Positions 9,108 through 19,459 are shown, numbered from the stretch's first letter. The stretch is 64,000 nucleotides of DNA from Thermoplasmatota archaeon (GCA_041601615.1 JBFIHX010000003.1:224001-288000); one strand, 5' to 3'. Notes: generated by a model from the sequence alone, not told the origin. Translations and numbers: made by a program.

Positions 9108-9685
9108 TCGGATCCCTCCTCAATGCATACGCCGAATCCAACTCCGGGAACATCGACTCGTATGTTGTGCCGCGTGCCTCCGACGTACACAAAGCCACCA
9201 ATGCCCACTCCTGGAACTTCGGCTCCGACGTATTTGCACGGCGGGGGCGGCGGGGTTGAGGGCGACAAGGTCACGGTGAGGGAGCCACTTCGGGAGGGAG
9301 CGGAGTCCTGCCAATCGATTGTATACTGTCCGTAGCTTGTGTAGGAATATACGATCTCAATTTTGTGCGTGGATGATCCTGTGCGTGTCCAAGTAAAGGG
9401 TCGGCCATCGCTTAGGGAGCCGCTGCCGCTAGCATCGCCGGCATAGGATCCGCTGGAAATCCCGTCCGTCACGGCCCCGGAGGCGCCGTCGCCTGTGGTC
9501 CATTGAAACGTGCCGCCGCAGCAGAATCCCGTGGTGGTGAAGGTGACTGTCAGAGTCACTTCCAGATCTTCGGAGCTTGCGGTGACCGACATCGTATCCA
9601 GATGAGATGCCGAGGCCGGGGAGGCTACGGCGAGCATGGATAGTGCCAGAATGATGATTGTATTTGTTGTTTGCATAGGGCACAC
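9104..9685 (-). CDS. Secreted PKD-like beta protein
   Basis: Signal peptide; WTTGDG...YTSYGQYTI PKD-like pattern; poly-Pro linker; Cys-flanked C-terminal segment. Confidence 0.6.
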   Translation of the reverse strand: MCPMQTTNTIIILALSMLAVASPASASHLDTMSVTASSEDLEVTLTVTFTTTGFCCGGTFQWTTGDGASGAVTDGISSGSYAGDASGSGSLSDGRPFTWTRTGSSTHKIEIVYSYTSYGQYTIDWQDSAPSRSGSLTVTLSPSTPPPPPCKYVGAEVPGVGIGGFVYVGGTRHNIRVDVPGVGFGVCIEEGSE

Positions 9686-10047
9686 CTAGCGCCTCAGATC
9701 ATTTGAGACAGCTCGCCAATAGTCCCTGCAACTTAAGGATAGTCATGAAAAACGGCCGATATCAATTTATTATTTGTCACATTATTCTAGCATTGGTACA
9801 TGCAAAAAATCCCAATGGAGGCCATCATTCGCATTGAAACCCCCAAAAAATCGGATGCTCGTCATTCGAGTTCAATCGAGCACATATAACAGAAAAATAG
9901 TGGAAAACCTCCAGCATTGTCGGGCGCTCCCTCGGCTCGGGGCCGAGTCAGCTTCGACTTCACCGCAATCAAAAACAATTCCGCACACACCCAGGCCCAA
10001 GAAGTCCCTGCGCGCAACCCCTTAATCCCCCGCCCCGTCGGCGGTCC

Positions 10048-10554
10048 TTGATGATGGAGCTGCGTATCGACGGTTGGCGCAAGGGAATCCGCTTCAGTTC
10101 GGCGCACATCACGCCCGAACACAAGAAATGCGGCCGATTGCACGGGCACACCTATGCCATCCACCTGCGCATGCGTGGCGACCAGGACGAATGGGGCATT
10201 GTACTGGACTTTGGCATCATCAGCGAGACGCTCAAGGAAATCTCGGACGACATTGACCACTTGGTCCTCGTGCCGACGGAGAGCAACCATTACTCGGACC
10301 TAGAAGTGGACGAAGAGGAGGTCCGATTCAAGGTCGTGGACCCCTACACGGGCATCCTCAAGCGATTCACCTTCCCGCGCCAAGATTGTGCGCTTCTTGC
10401 CATCCCCAGCACCACCGCTGAGGACTTGGCCAAGCACATCTACCGCGAATTCATGGCCCGAACGCAATTCACCACCGAGACTGCCTTCGTGGAGATCGGC
10501 GTGGATGAGGGCTACGGCAAGGGCGCTTGGTACTCCGAGGGCAAGAAGGAATAG
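10048..10554 (+). CDS. queD: 6-carboxytetrahydropterin synthase / PTPS family
   Basis: FSSAH, CGRLHGHTY, LDFG, DH and TTAEDLA motifs. Confidence 0.85.
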   Translation: MMMELRIDGWRKGIRFSSAHITPEHKKCGRLHGHTYAIHLRMRGDQDEWGIVLDFGIISETLKEISDDIDHLVLVPTESNHYSDLEVDEEEVRFKVVDPYTGILKRFTFPRQDCALLAIPSTTAEDLAKHIYREFMARTQFTTETAFVEIGVDEGYGKGAWYSEGKKE

Positions 10555-10604
10555 CTCGTTCCCCGCCGGAGATAACGTCGCCCAACAACAGGGAAAGAGG
10601 GAAG

Positions 10605-10676
10605 CGGGCGCGCAGGGACTCGAACCCCGGTCTGGGCCTCCGGAGGGCCCGGTGATATCCTCTACACCACGCGCCC
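10605..10676 (-). tRNA. tRNA-Arg(CCG), CCA not encoded
   Basis: GGGCGCG acceptor stem, anticodon arm GGGCC-CTCCGGA-GGCCC, T-loop GTTCGAGTC. Confidence 0.95.
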
Positions 10677-10763
10677 ACGTGGATGCAGCGGCCGACTTGG
10701 GTGCTGCATTTGACGGTTGCCGTCCTGTGGCGGGTCTCAAGTTCCAGAAGGTGATGTCCCGAT

Positions 10764-11447
10764 ATGCACGACGCTAGGAGCCTGAGTCGCCGCTGGGCAC
10801 GGGCGTCCTTGCTGGCGCTTGCGCTTTGGTTTGCTCTGGCGATGACGATTGATGTGCGTGCTGGCGGCGCCGCGTGGGCCCATCGAACTGTGAGTGGGCT
10901 CGTTTTGGAGCAGCCCATCTTGGTGCCCGTGAGCATTTTTGTCAACGGGGTGTCTGTGTTGTGCCTTGCATGGGCGGTCCGGGCGAGGGCACCGGGCACG
11001 TTGGTGGGGCGATTGTTGTTGCTGGCTGCCGGTTTGACCATCTTGGCAGCTTTGGTGCCGACTGATCCAGTGCGCATCCACACCGCAACGGGGTGGGTGC
11101 ATGCGTTCGCGGCCGGTGGAACGTTCATAGTGCTGAATACCACGTTTTGGGTGGCCCACGCGACACGCGGCTCGGCGCCGGGCCCGTTGTTGGATGTTCC
11201 CCGCGCCTTGTTGTTGGGGCTTGCAATTTTTGCGGGCGTGCATCTTGTGCACCTGGGAATCGTCCTGGTGGCAAGTCAGTTTGACAGCAACGCCTGGACG
11301 GCGTTGCTTGGGGTCTGGGAGCGGCTGGTGATTCTTGGAAACATGTCCTGGGTGGCCGTCGTCGCCGCCTACGCTCAAAACAAAACCCATGAGCCGACGC
11401 AGCGACCGGGGGTAGTTTCGGCGAGCCGTGGGCCTCCCGAAGATTGA
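10764..11447 (+). CDS. DUF998-like membrane protein
   Basis: Multiple TM helices; VPTDP, GWVHAFAA and GVWERL motifs. Confidence 0.65.
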   Translation: MHDARSLSRRWARASLLALALWFALAMTIDVRAGGAAWAHRTVSGLVLEQPILVPVSIFVNGVSVLCLAWAVRARAPGTLVGRLLLLAAGLTILAALVPTDPVRIHTATGWVHAFAAGGTFIVLNTTFWVAHATRGSAPGPLLDVPRALLLGLAIFAGVHLVHLGIVLVASQFDSNAWTALLGVWERLVILGNMSWVAVVAAYAQNKTHEPTQRPGVVSASRGPPED

Positions 11448-11475
11448 AGCCGGGGCCCCAACTGGCCCGCCCGTC

Positions 11476-13089
11476 ATGGTCCACTGGTCCGACGTCGAGG
11501 CGCAGAAGCTCATCGAAGCACGCGGCACCCAGAAGCTGTTGTTTGCCACCGCAATCACGCCGTCGGGGCCGATTCATGTGGGCAACATGCGCGAAGTCTT
11601 GACAACGGAGGCAATCTTCCGAGGCGCCCGCGACGCCGGGGCCGAAGTGGAGCTGTTGTACATCGCAGACGATTACGATCCGCTACGCAAGGTGTACCCA
11701 TTCTTGCACAAGGACTACCAAGTGCACGTGGGCAAGCCGCTTCGAGAGATTCCCTGCCCCGATGCGGAAGGCAAGCCGAACGGCTGCGGCGCCCACGACA
11801 GCTACGCGGCACACTATCTTGAGCCGTTTTTGGCCAATCTTGCCGAGCTAGGCATCGAACCCACGGTGCGCTCGGCACACGCCATGTACCACGAGGGGCG
11901 CTTCGTGGAGCACACCCTCAAAAGCCTAGACGAAGCCGACAAAATCCGCTCCATCATAGAGAAGGTCTCCGGTCGTCAATTGTCCAAAAAATGGGCGCCC
12001 GTGAATCCGCAGTGTCCCACGTGCCGCCGTATTTCGGGCGTAGATGTACTCGGATACGTCAAGCCGGTGCTGTCCTGCCGCTGTGCAGCGTGCGCCGAGG
12101 GTTCAGACGACCCGGATGCGGGGGTCTTTGAGGTGCGGGCGGACGAGGCAGGCATCGGAAAATTGCCCTGGCGCATCGACTGGCCGGCTCGCTGGGACTT
12201 CCTGGGCGTTTCCTTCGAGGCGTTTGGCAAGGACCATGGCGCCAAAGGTGGCTCCTGGGACACTGGGGTCCGCATCATCCGGGACGTCTTCGAAGGCCGC
12301 GAACCGGAGCACGTCATGTACGAATTCTTGAACCTCAAGGGCCAGGGCGCGATGCACAGCAGCACCGGCCTTGCGGTGTCCGCTTCTGACATCTTGCAAA
12401 TGACGCCCCCGGAAGTGCTTCGATACTTGCTCATGAAGCAGTCGCCGCGCAAGCACATCGACTTCGACTCCGGCGACGGCGTCGTGCGCCTCGTGGACGA
12501 ATTCGACCGCTTGGAGCGGATTGCCCTCGGCGCCGAGGAGAACCCGGGCACCTTTACGGACGTAGAGCGCACCTACCAACTGTCTTGCCCGCGCGATGTG
12601 CCTACCACCCTGCCCAACAAGGTCCAATACAGCCACCTTGTCACCGTGGCCCAAATGGCCGACACCGTGGAGGGCGTCGAAGACATTCTTCGCCGCACCG
12701 CAACCCTCACGGGAGAACTGGACGCCCACAGCCGAGCAGAATTGCAAGAACGCGTGCACCACGTCCGCTTTTGGCTGCAACGATTTGCCCCAGAGGGTGC
12801 CCGATTCCAAGTCCAACTTGAGGACCTTCCCGAATTTGATCGCACGGCCGAAGACAAGGCCTTCTACGCGGAAGCCGCGAATCGATTCGCGGGCCTCGAA
12901 TGGACAGGCCAAAACGTCCACGACGCCGTCTATGCCGCCCGAGAAGCCGCAGGACTCTCTGCCGGCCAAGCGTTCAAAGCCGTGTATCGCGCCGTGCTGG
13001 GACAAGACCGCGGCCCCCGCGCCGGGTTTTTCCTGAGCAGCCTCGATCAAAACTGGGTCATCCAGCGGTTCACCGCAGCTGCCCAATGA
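11476..13089 (+). CDS. lysS: Lysyl-tRNA synthetase, class I
   Basis: TPSGPIHVGNMRE, DDYDPLRK, KLPWRIDWPARW, FGKDH, MHSSTG and GPRAG motifs. Confidence 0.97.
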   Translation: MVHWSDVEAQKLIEARGTQKLLFATAITPSGPIHVGNMREVLTTEAIFRGARDAGAEVELLYIADDYDPLRKVYPFLHKDYQVHVGKPLREIPCPDAEGKPNGCGAHDSYAAHYLEPFLANLAELGIEPTVRSAHAMYHEGRFVEHTLKSLDEADKIRSIIEKVSGRQLSKKWAPVNPQCPTCRRISGVDVLGYVKPVLSCRCAACAEGSDDPDAGVFEVRADEAGIGKLPWRIDWPARWDFLGVSFEAFGKDHGAKGGSWDTGVRIIRDVFEGREPEHVMYEFLNLKGQGAMHSSTGLAVSASDILQMTPPEVLRYLLMKQSPRKHIDFDSGDGVVRLVDEFDRLERIALGAEENPGTFTDVERTYQLSCPRDVPTTLPNKVQYSHLVTVAQMADTVEGVEDILRRTATLTGELDAHSRAELQERVHHVRFWLQRFAPEGARFQVQLEDLPEFDRTAEDKAFYAEAANRFAGLEWTGQNVHDAVYAAREAAGLSAGQAFKAVYRAVLGQDRGPRAGFFLSSLDQNWVIQRFTAAAQ

Positions 13090-13157
13090 ATCTCAATTTG
13101 CCGAGTTGAAACTTCACTTGCTGTAGTTTTATCCCGCGCGCCGACTCGCCGCCCTCC

Positions 13158-14075
13158 ATGCGATCCGCCGTGTACTGGATCCTCGCCACGGTCCTCGTCG
13201 GCGGCGCCGCTGCCGACTTTGCGGGCGTCGAAGGCTTCAGTGGACGAATCGCCGATTGCTCCTCTTGCCACGTTCCCAGCGACTTGGCCGAAGCCGCCAC
13301 GGTCACCGTTTCCGGGCTGCCCGAAGCATGGACACTAGGCGCCTCGTACAACCTGACCATCACCGTCTCCGGCGGGCCACCCGCACTTCCAGCGCCCCAA
13401 CCCCAAGGTGGATTCGAATTGGAAGTCAGCGCCGGACAACTCAGCATTCCCGCCACCATGGACGGACTCCTACGGCAGGCCTCGCCCAGCGTCATGACCT
13501 ACACTCCCGCCGGCACCCAAATGCGCACATGGGACGCAACATGGACCGCGCCCGGCCTCGAAGTTCGCCCTGACGTAGTGGGCGTATGGGTCGCGGCAGT
13601 CTCCGCCAACGGCAACCACATCGTCGCCACCAACGCCAGCGACCTTGGCGAACTTGGAGATCAAGTAGCAACATGGCACGGCACCATCGCGCCCCACCCA
13701 AGCGCCGAAGCTGCGTGGATGGCCTTGCCGCTGAAGGCCCCCACTGTTTCCGGCACCGGCACCGAACTCACAGGCACCCACCTCGACCGCAACGCAACAC
13801 ACCTTGCCTGGCGCTTCGACAACGGTGCATGGCAGCAACGAGCCACCGGCACCATCTGGCGCCTCACGCTCGACGCGGCTCCCACCGGTATCCTCGAAAT
13901 ACGCTCCGAAGGCACCAGCCGCACAAGCCCATCCTTGCGCATCGTATTCGACGACTCCGCCGAAGCCACCGTGCTGGCACCCGGAGAAGCAGCGCCCGAC
14001 CGCAACGCGCCGGCACCTTTCCTCGTCCTACCGGCCCTCGCCGCCGCCCTTGTTCTTACTCGGAGATTTTCATGA
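13158..14075 (+). CDS. Secreted Reeler / choice-of-anchor-V-like protein with CxxCH and a C-terminal anchor
   Basis: Signal peptide, CSSCH, GGFEL, WTAP, SANGN; hydrophobic tail followed by RR. Confidence 0.7.
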   Translation: MRSAVYWILATVLVGGAAADFAGVEGFSGRIADCSSCHVPSDLAEAATVTVSGLPEAWTLGASYNLTITVSGGPPALPAPQPQGGFELEVSAGQLSIPATMDGLLRQASPSVMTYTPAGTQMRTWDATWTAPGLEVRPDVVGVWVAAVSANGNHIVATNASDLGELGDQVATWHGTIAPHPSAEAAWMALPLKAPTVSGTGTELTGTHLDRNATHLAWRFDNGAWQQRATGTIWRLTLDAAPTGILEIRSEGTSRTSPSLRIVFDDSAEATVLAPGEAAPDRNAPAPFLVLPALAAALVLTRRFS

Positions 14076-14872
14076 ACGCACCCGCCGTATCAGCCGCACC
14101 CGCCGTCCCCGCAGCCCCCGCCACGATGCTCGTCGTCCTCCTCATCGCCCTAGCCGGGTGTGCAGAATCGGCCTCACCCAACAACGACACGGCAAACCCC
14201 TCCGGCGTCGATTCCAACACCCCCAACGACACCGCAACCAACGCGACGGACGTCGTTCAGGTGATTGTCACCTACGACCGCGTTGTCGTCCAAGGCCCTA
14301 GCGTCACCCTCACCGGCCGCGTCGACCGCCCCGCAACCGTCAGCGTGCTCTACGGCCAGGACCTTGGCGACAGCTTCGACGCCGACGGGCCCTGGAACTA
14401 CACCTACGCGCCGCCCTACGGCCATGACACCGTCACAGTCACCGCCGACGACGGCAAAACCACCGGATCTACAACCGTGCTCGTCGTTCGAAACAAGCAA
14501 CTGACGGTGGAAGTGGACTACGACCCAGCATCTGGCCGCACCGACACCACGCACACGTTTTGGTGGGACTTTGGCGGCCTGCGCAGCCTGTACGAAGACG
14601 GAAGCTACCACGGCTGCGCTCAACCGCACCCCGGCCGACCCAACGCCCACGACGCGCTCCTGGACTTCGAGGACGCAAGCGGCATCGACATCGGATTCAC
14701 GCCCTGCGGCCAATTCGGAGTCAACACCGAAACCATCGACGGTTACGCAAGTCCCGGTGCCTGGTGCTTCCAAGTCAACGGCGAAACCGCAGAATTCGGC
14801 GTGAGTCTTCTGGAACTCGAAGATGGCGATGTGTTCCGGTTCGTGGACTGCGTCGTGGCGTTTCCAGCCTAA
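14072..14872 (+). CDS. Lipoprotein with C-terminal DUF4430-like domain
   Basis: LAGC lipobox; FGVNTETIDG...WCFQVNG...GVSLLELEDGD; ATGA overlap with the upstream gene. Confidence 0.7.
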   Translation: MNAPAVSAAPAVPAAPATMLVVLLIALAGCAESASPNNDTANPSGVDSNTPNDTATNATDVVQVIVTYDRVVVQGPSVTLTGRVDRPATVSVLYGQDLGDSFDADGPWNYTYAPPYGHDTVTVTADDGKTTGSTTVLVVRNKQLTVEVDYDPASGRTDTTHTFWWDFGGLRSLYEDGSYHGCAQPHPGRPNAHDALLDFEDASGIDIGFTPCGQFGVNTETIDGYASPGAWCFQVNGETAEFGVSLLELEDGDVFRFVDCVVAFPA

Positions 14873-15798
14873 CCCAGCAAATCCACGAGGTCCGCCGTCT
14901 TGGAGGCAAAAGTTTCCAAGTTCTCCTCGGCGGTCTTCTTCTTGCGCTCCTGAGCCTCGGTCCTGAACCGCACACCGCCCTCGGCCAAGATGTTGCCATC
15001 CACCGTCGCAGAGGTGTACATCTCCACCGACTTGGCCTTCAAATCGCCAAGTACCTGGCAGCCCTCGCCAACGATGACATGGCCTTCGCTGACAAGGTCG
15101 CCTTCGACTTCCGAGTCCGGCATCAACGTCACGTCGCCATCGGCGCGCAGCGCACCATGGATGCGCGTTCCAATGCCCAATTCCACATCGCCGTGGACCG
15201 TAAGATTGCCAAGAATGCGGCTCTCGTCGCCCGCCTCCAAGCCACCTTTGACCACCATGCGCTGCAAGTCGATTTCGGAGCCATCAGGGACGAACAAGAA
15301 CACTTCGCCGACAGCAATCTCGTCCGCCTCCTCCTGGTCCTCCAGTTCCTTGAGGATGCGCTCCACTTCCTCCGATTGCCCCATGCGAAGCAACTCCAAA
15401 AGATAGATGAAAATGTAAATCAGAATCGGCACCGGACTGCGCTTGTTGACCCAGCCCTTCGCCTTGAGCTGGCCCGTGATGCGCACATCGTCGCCCACGT
15501 CCAAGTCGCCCTCCAAGGCAAGGTCGCCTTGCACAAAGCAACGCTCGCCGAGGTACGCATTGGCGCCGCACGAAATGTCGCCCAAAACATGCACGGATTG
15601 ATCCAGGCGCAAGTCGCCCACGCACTCCACGGCACCGCCAAGCTTCGTGCCTTGGCCCACAAAGACGCGACCATCGGTTTTGAGGCCGAAGCCACACTGG
15701 ACGTGGTTGCCCAAAATGAGATCCCCAGTTGTGACGATCGTATGTTCCTCGAACGTCGTCTTCGGGGGAAGGACCAGCGTCCGCTTGTCAAACCCCAT
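14869..15798 (-). CDS. Beta-helix repeat protein (polymer-forming / bactofilin-like, COG4801-type)
   Basis: Repeated VxGDLxxxGxVxLG units in two blocks separated by a hydrophobic helix. Confidence 0.75.
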   Translation of the reverse strand: MGFDKRTLVLPPKTTFEEHTIVTTGDLILGNHVQCGFGLKTDGRVFVGQGTKLGGAVECVGDLRLDQSVHVLGDISCGANAYLGERCFVQGDLALEGDLDVGDDVRITGQLKAKGWVNKRSPVPILIYIFIYLLELLRMGQSEEVERILKELEDQEEADEIAVGEVFLFVPDGSEIDLQRMVVKGGLEAGDESRILGNLTVHGDVELGIGTRIHGALRADGDVTLMPDSEVEGDLVSEGHVIVGEGCQVLGDLKAKSVEMYTSATVDGNILAEGGVRFRTEAQERKKKTAEENLETFASKTADLVDLLG

Positions 15799-15900
15799 GC
15801 ACGTGCATCCCGGGCAGGCCATGGCGGGGCGCGTTTATGGAGATTGCCGGTGCAAAACATGCGCCAGAACGCTTATCGACCCGGACGATAGCCTCTCCTC

Positions 15901-16584
15901 GTGGACTGGTCGTGGCTGCGCCGAGCCGTCTCGTGGACTCTTGTGCTGGGTGGGGTGCTCGTCCAGGGCTGGCTCTTGGTGCGGTTTTCGAGCGCCGGCA
16001 TGACCGCCTTCATCTTGGATGCGGGACAGTATCGGGGGCGCTGGTGGCACCAGAATGAGCCCTTGTTTGCAATCGCTGGCTTCGTCGTGTTGGTGCTTGC
16101 CACCTTTTTGCTTGCACTTGCTTGGACGCGGGCGCTTCGAACCCCACCGGTTCGGCCCGAGTCCGCCAAAGTTGCCGATGGGGAGGACGGAGACGAAGCG
16201 GCGGCGAGCATCGATCTTCCGGCGTTCCTGCGTCCAAAAACCCGCCGCGTGCGTCGAGGTGCTGGAACCCTGACGGGGCTTACGCTGCTTTCGGTGCTCG
16301 TGCTGGCGCTTGGCGTCGGCCTTGGGGTCTTCGAGGCGTTCCAGATGTACACCGTGCTCCAAAACAACCAGGGCAATGCCGCCGCCTTGCAACGCAACAG
16401 CACCGTCTGGATTCTGCGCCTCATGCACTGGATCGCCCCTGCCGTCGCGAGCCTCGGCGCCGTATTGCTTGGATTTACTTGGGGACGATTCTGGCCCCTG
16501 CAGCCGGCGGAAGTGGTCGTCATCGGTGAAGCCAAACAGCCAGCCACGGCCCGCTCCGGCGCCGAGTGGCAGACCTTCGACTAG
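15901..16584 (+). CDS. Hypothetical 4-TM membrane protein
   Basis: Four hydrophobic segments. Confidence 0.55.
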   Translation: MDWSWLRRAVSWTLVLGGVLVQGWLLVRFSSAGMTAFILDAGQYRGRWWHQNEPLFAIAGFVVLVLATFLLALAWTRALRTPPVRPESAKVADGEDGDEAAASIDLPAFLRPKTRRVRRGAGTLTGLTLLSVLVLALGVGLGVFEAFQMYTVLQNNQGNAAALQRNSTVWILRLMHWIAPAVASLGAVLLGFTWGRFWPLQPAEVVVIGEAKQPATARSGAEWQTFD

Positions 16585-17447
16585 TTTCGAGTTTGGCGTT
16601 GGCGTTCGATGGCGCGCCCCCAGCCCACGTCGAGGCCGGAGCACCAGGCACGAACACCCTCGACCAAGACGCGCTCCTCGTGCTTGCGGCCTTCGGCAAC
16701 CACCGCTGCCAGCGGAGTCAAGGGGTCCACTGGGAATGCCGCTTGCGCCACGATGGGGCCTTGGTCCAAATCTACGGTGACAAGGTGCGCTGTGACACCC
16801 GCCACGCGAACACCTCGCTCCAATGCCTGCCGGTATGGCACCGCGCCGGGGAAGCTTGGCAACAGACTCGGATGGATGTTGAGAATGCGATGCGGCCAGC
16901 GCCACACGAAGTTCGGGCCAAGAATGCGCATGTAGCGCGCCAGCACCACGAGTTCCACGTTCGCCTCGCGCAGCCGCTCCAGCATGCGCGCTTCGTGGGC
17001 AGGCTTGTCGGCGTCGGGGACGTGCTCGAACGGGACGCCAAATTCGGCAGCAAGTGCTGCGAGGGTCGATTTGTTGCCGAGCATCACCACGACCTCTGCG
17101 TCCAGGGCGCCATCGCGGCACGCTTCCAGGACGGCACGAGGTGCGTGTTCTTCTTTGGTCACGAGCAGTCCGATGCGCGTGGGGCCCGATTCGGCGCCGT
17201 TGGCCAATCGAAACTCCACATCCATGCCCAGCTCCGCTCCGATTTGCTCCAGGCCGTCCTGCATGGCACCTTGGCTATGGCTGTCGGCGGGCCAACGGAC
17301 CTCCAAGTGCATCGTGAAGAGTCCGTGCGTGACGTGCTGATCCAGTTCCTCGATGTTGCCGCCGCACTCGAACAAAAATGAACAGATGCGGGCGATGACG
17401 CCGGACTTGTCTTGGCCAATCACCGTGACGTGGGCGCGGTGTGTCAC
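16581..17447 (-). CDS. purU: Formyltetrahydrofolate deformylase
   Basis: N-terminal ACT domain GQDKSGVIA; VLARYMRIL, NIHPSLLPSFPGA and LDQGPI motifs. Confidence 0.92.
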   Translation of the reverse strand: MTHRAHVTVIGQDKSGVIARICSFLFECGGNIEELDQHVTHGLFTMHLEVRWPADSHSQGAMQDGLEQIGAELGMDVEFRLANGAESGPTRIGLLVTKEEHAPRAVLEACRDGALDAEVVVMLGNKSTLAALAAEFGVPFEHVPDADKPAHEARMLERLREANVELVVLARYMRILGPNFVWRWPHRILNIHPSLLPSFPGAVPYRQALERGVRVAGVTAHLVTVDLDQGPIVAQAAFPVDPLTPLAAVVAEGRKHEERVLVEGVRAWCSGLDVGWGRAIERQRQTRN

Positions 17448-17526
17448 AAACAGGCCATGGTGTCGGCGGCTTTCAAAGGGGCGGCTTGCAGGGGGACTCG
17501 CCGAAACACGAGGCCAACGTGCAATC

Positions 17527-17979
17527 CTAGCTCTTTGTGCGCAGTGCTCCACGGAACCGGAACCGTGGGCTTCGGCAGCCTAGCAGCACCAGCAACGCCT
17601 CCGCTTCCTCCAGCAACTGGCCAAATGCGGGTGGCGGGGAGCGCACTTCGTCCTCGTCCGTCCAGCGACCTTGAACTGCGACTTCGAGGCGAACTTCGGG
17701 AAGTCGAGCCTGGGCGGCGGGTCCGCTTTCTTGTCCAGGCTTCAGCCACACACGAGCTTGGGTCGGGCCGTCGCCAAGATCCTGGACGGTGCGCACGAAT
17801 ACGACGGCGCCGTGGTCGATGTGTTCGAAGCTCCAACGGGGCAAGCGCACTTCTCGAAGCACCGCAGTTGCCCAAGTGGGGCCTCCGGGGTCGAGACTGA
17901 ATCGAGCTTCGTAGCCAAAGCGAAGCCACGAGCGACGAGCGGGGCGGGGGGCACGGCCAACAGCCCGGCGCGTCGCCAT
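17527..17979 (-). CDS. Hypothetical protein
   Basis: ORF fills the gap in a co-oriented run; no motif recognised. Confidence 0.5.
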   Translation of the reverse strand: MATRRAVGRAPRPARRSWLRFGYEARFSLDPGGPTWATAVLREVRLPRWSFEHIDHGAVVFVRTVQDLGDGPTQARVWLKPGQESGPAAQARLPEVRLEVAVQGRWTDEDEVRSPPPAFGQLLEEAEALLVLLGCRSPRFRFRGALRTKS

Positions 17980-17983
17980 GGTC

Positions 17984-19459
17984 TCACGCCGTGCGGACCG
18001 TGGTTTCCTTGTTCATGAATTCGACTTGGATTCTGTTGTCGAAGGCACGAAGGACGCCGTCGCGGGCACCGAGGGCCACGTCTTTGGGGACGGCGAAGGT
18101 GGAGGTGAACTCGTCAATCTGGATGTCCTGGATGACGTGGTCTTGCAGGCCGGTGTTCTTCTGCACGAGCGTGTGCAGCTTGAAGGGAGTCACGCCGAGG
18201 TTCTTACCGGCGGCAAAGCGAACGTGGACGTTGCCGTACTTGTCGGCCAGTTCGTCCCAGTCCATTTTGTGCTGGACTCGGTCCTTGCCCTTCGTGCGGG
18301 CAGGAACGGGAGCGGCCACGATGGGGCGTCCGATGAGCATCTCGATGCGCTTCAGAACCGATTTGTCGTCAAGGCCGACGAAGCTGACGGACTTACCCTT
18401 GCGCCCGGCGCGTCCCGTGCGGCCGATGCGGTGCACGTACACTTCGGGTTCCTTGTCGGGCATGTCCCAGTTGATGACGTGGGTGATGCGGTCGATGTCG
18501 AGGCCGCGAGCGGCGACGTCCGTGGCGACGAGGATCTTGACCTTGCCTGCGTCGAAGTCTTCCAGGACGCGTTCGCGCTTGTTCTGGGGAAGATCGCCGT
18601 GCAGAGCGGAGGCGGCGTAGTCCCAGCGGCGCAGGTCCTCCACGAGGCGGTCGCACATCATTTTCGTGGCGCAGAAGATGATCATCAAGTCGATTTCTTC
18701 GGCCGGATCGTCCATGAGTCGGGTCAGGGCCCAGTGCTTGTTGCGGCGACCGACTTGGAAGTAGACCTGGTCAATTTGGGGCACCGTCAACTCGTCTGCG
18801 CTGACGCGGACGGTCTTCGGTTGAATCAGGAAGCGGCGGCTGAGGCTCTTGATTTCCTCAGGCATGGTGGCCGAGTACAGGAGCGTCTGGCGGTCGCGCT
18901 TGTGCGGCAATCGCTTCAGAATCCACTCCATGTCGTCAATGAAGCCCATGTCCAGCATGCGGTCGGCTTCGTCGAGAACCACGTACTTGCACTGGGAAAG
19001 ATCGAGGTTGCCGCGCTCCATGTGGTCCATGATGCGGCCGGGGGTGCCGACGATCATGTGCACGCCGTCGCGGAACGCCTTCTCTTGGGGTTCGTAGGCA
19101 GTTCCACCGTAAATGGCGGCGATCTTGAAGTCGCGGCCCTCGGCGAGGCGCTGCATCTCTTCGTAGATCTGGAACGCCAACTCGCGCGTCGGCGCCAAGA
19201 CAAGGCCCTGGACGTGGTGCGCCTCGGGCTTGTAGTTCTCAACGAACGGAATGCCGAACGCGGCGGTCTTGCCGGTGCCGGTGCGGGCTTGGCCGATGAT
19301 GTCCTTGCCTTTCAGGGCAAGCGGAATCGTGTTTTCCTGAATCGGCGTCGGATGCTCGAAACCCATCTTGTCGAGTGCCGCAAGGGTCGTCTCGGAGAGT
19401 TTCAGGTCGGCGAACGTCGCCTTCAGGTCCACGGGGGGTTGAACGGGGTCTTTGCTCAT
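17984..19459 (-). CDS. DEAD-box RNA helicase (DeaD/CshA-like) with DbpA-type C-terminal domain
   Basis: Q motif, ARTGTGKT, PTRELA, DEAD, SAT and HRIGRTGR motifs. Confidence 0.95.
   Translation of the reverse strand: MSKDPVQPPVDLKATFADLKLSETTLAALDKMGFEHPTPIQENTIPLALKGKDIIGQARTGTGKTAAFGIPFVENYKPEAHHVQGLVLAPTRELAFQIYEEMQRLAEGRDFKIAAIYGGTAYEPQEKAFRDGVHMIVGTPGRIMDHMERGNLDLSQCKYVVLDEADRMLDMGFIDDMEWILKRLPHKRDRQTLLYSATMPEEIKSLSRRFLIQPKTVRVSADELTVPQIDQVYFQVGRRNKHWALTRLMDDPAEEIDLMIIFCATKMMCDRLVEDLRRWDYAASALHGDLPQNKRERVLEDFDAGKVKILVATDVAARGLDIDRITHVINWDMPDKEPEVYVHRIGRTGRAGRKGKSVSFVGLDDKSVLKRIEMLIGRPIVAAPVPARTKGKDRVQHKMDWDELADKYGNVHVRFAAGKNLGVTPFKLHTLVQKNTGLQDHVIQDIQIDEFTSTFAVPKDVALGARDGVLRAFDNRIQVEFMNKETTVRTA

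Noticed and set aside
10605-10676. tRNA-Arg as an integration site
   Set aside because: I found no duplicated tRNA 3' fragment or integrase in the window
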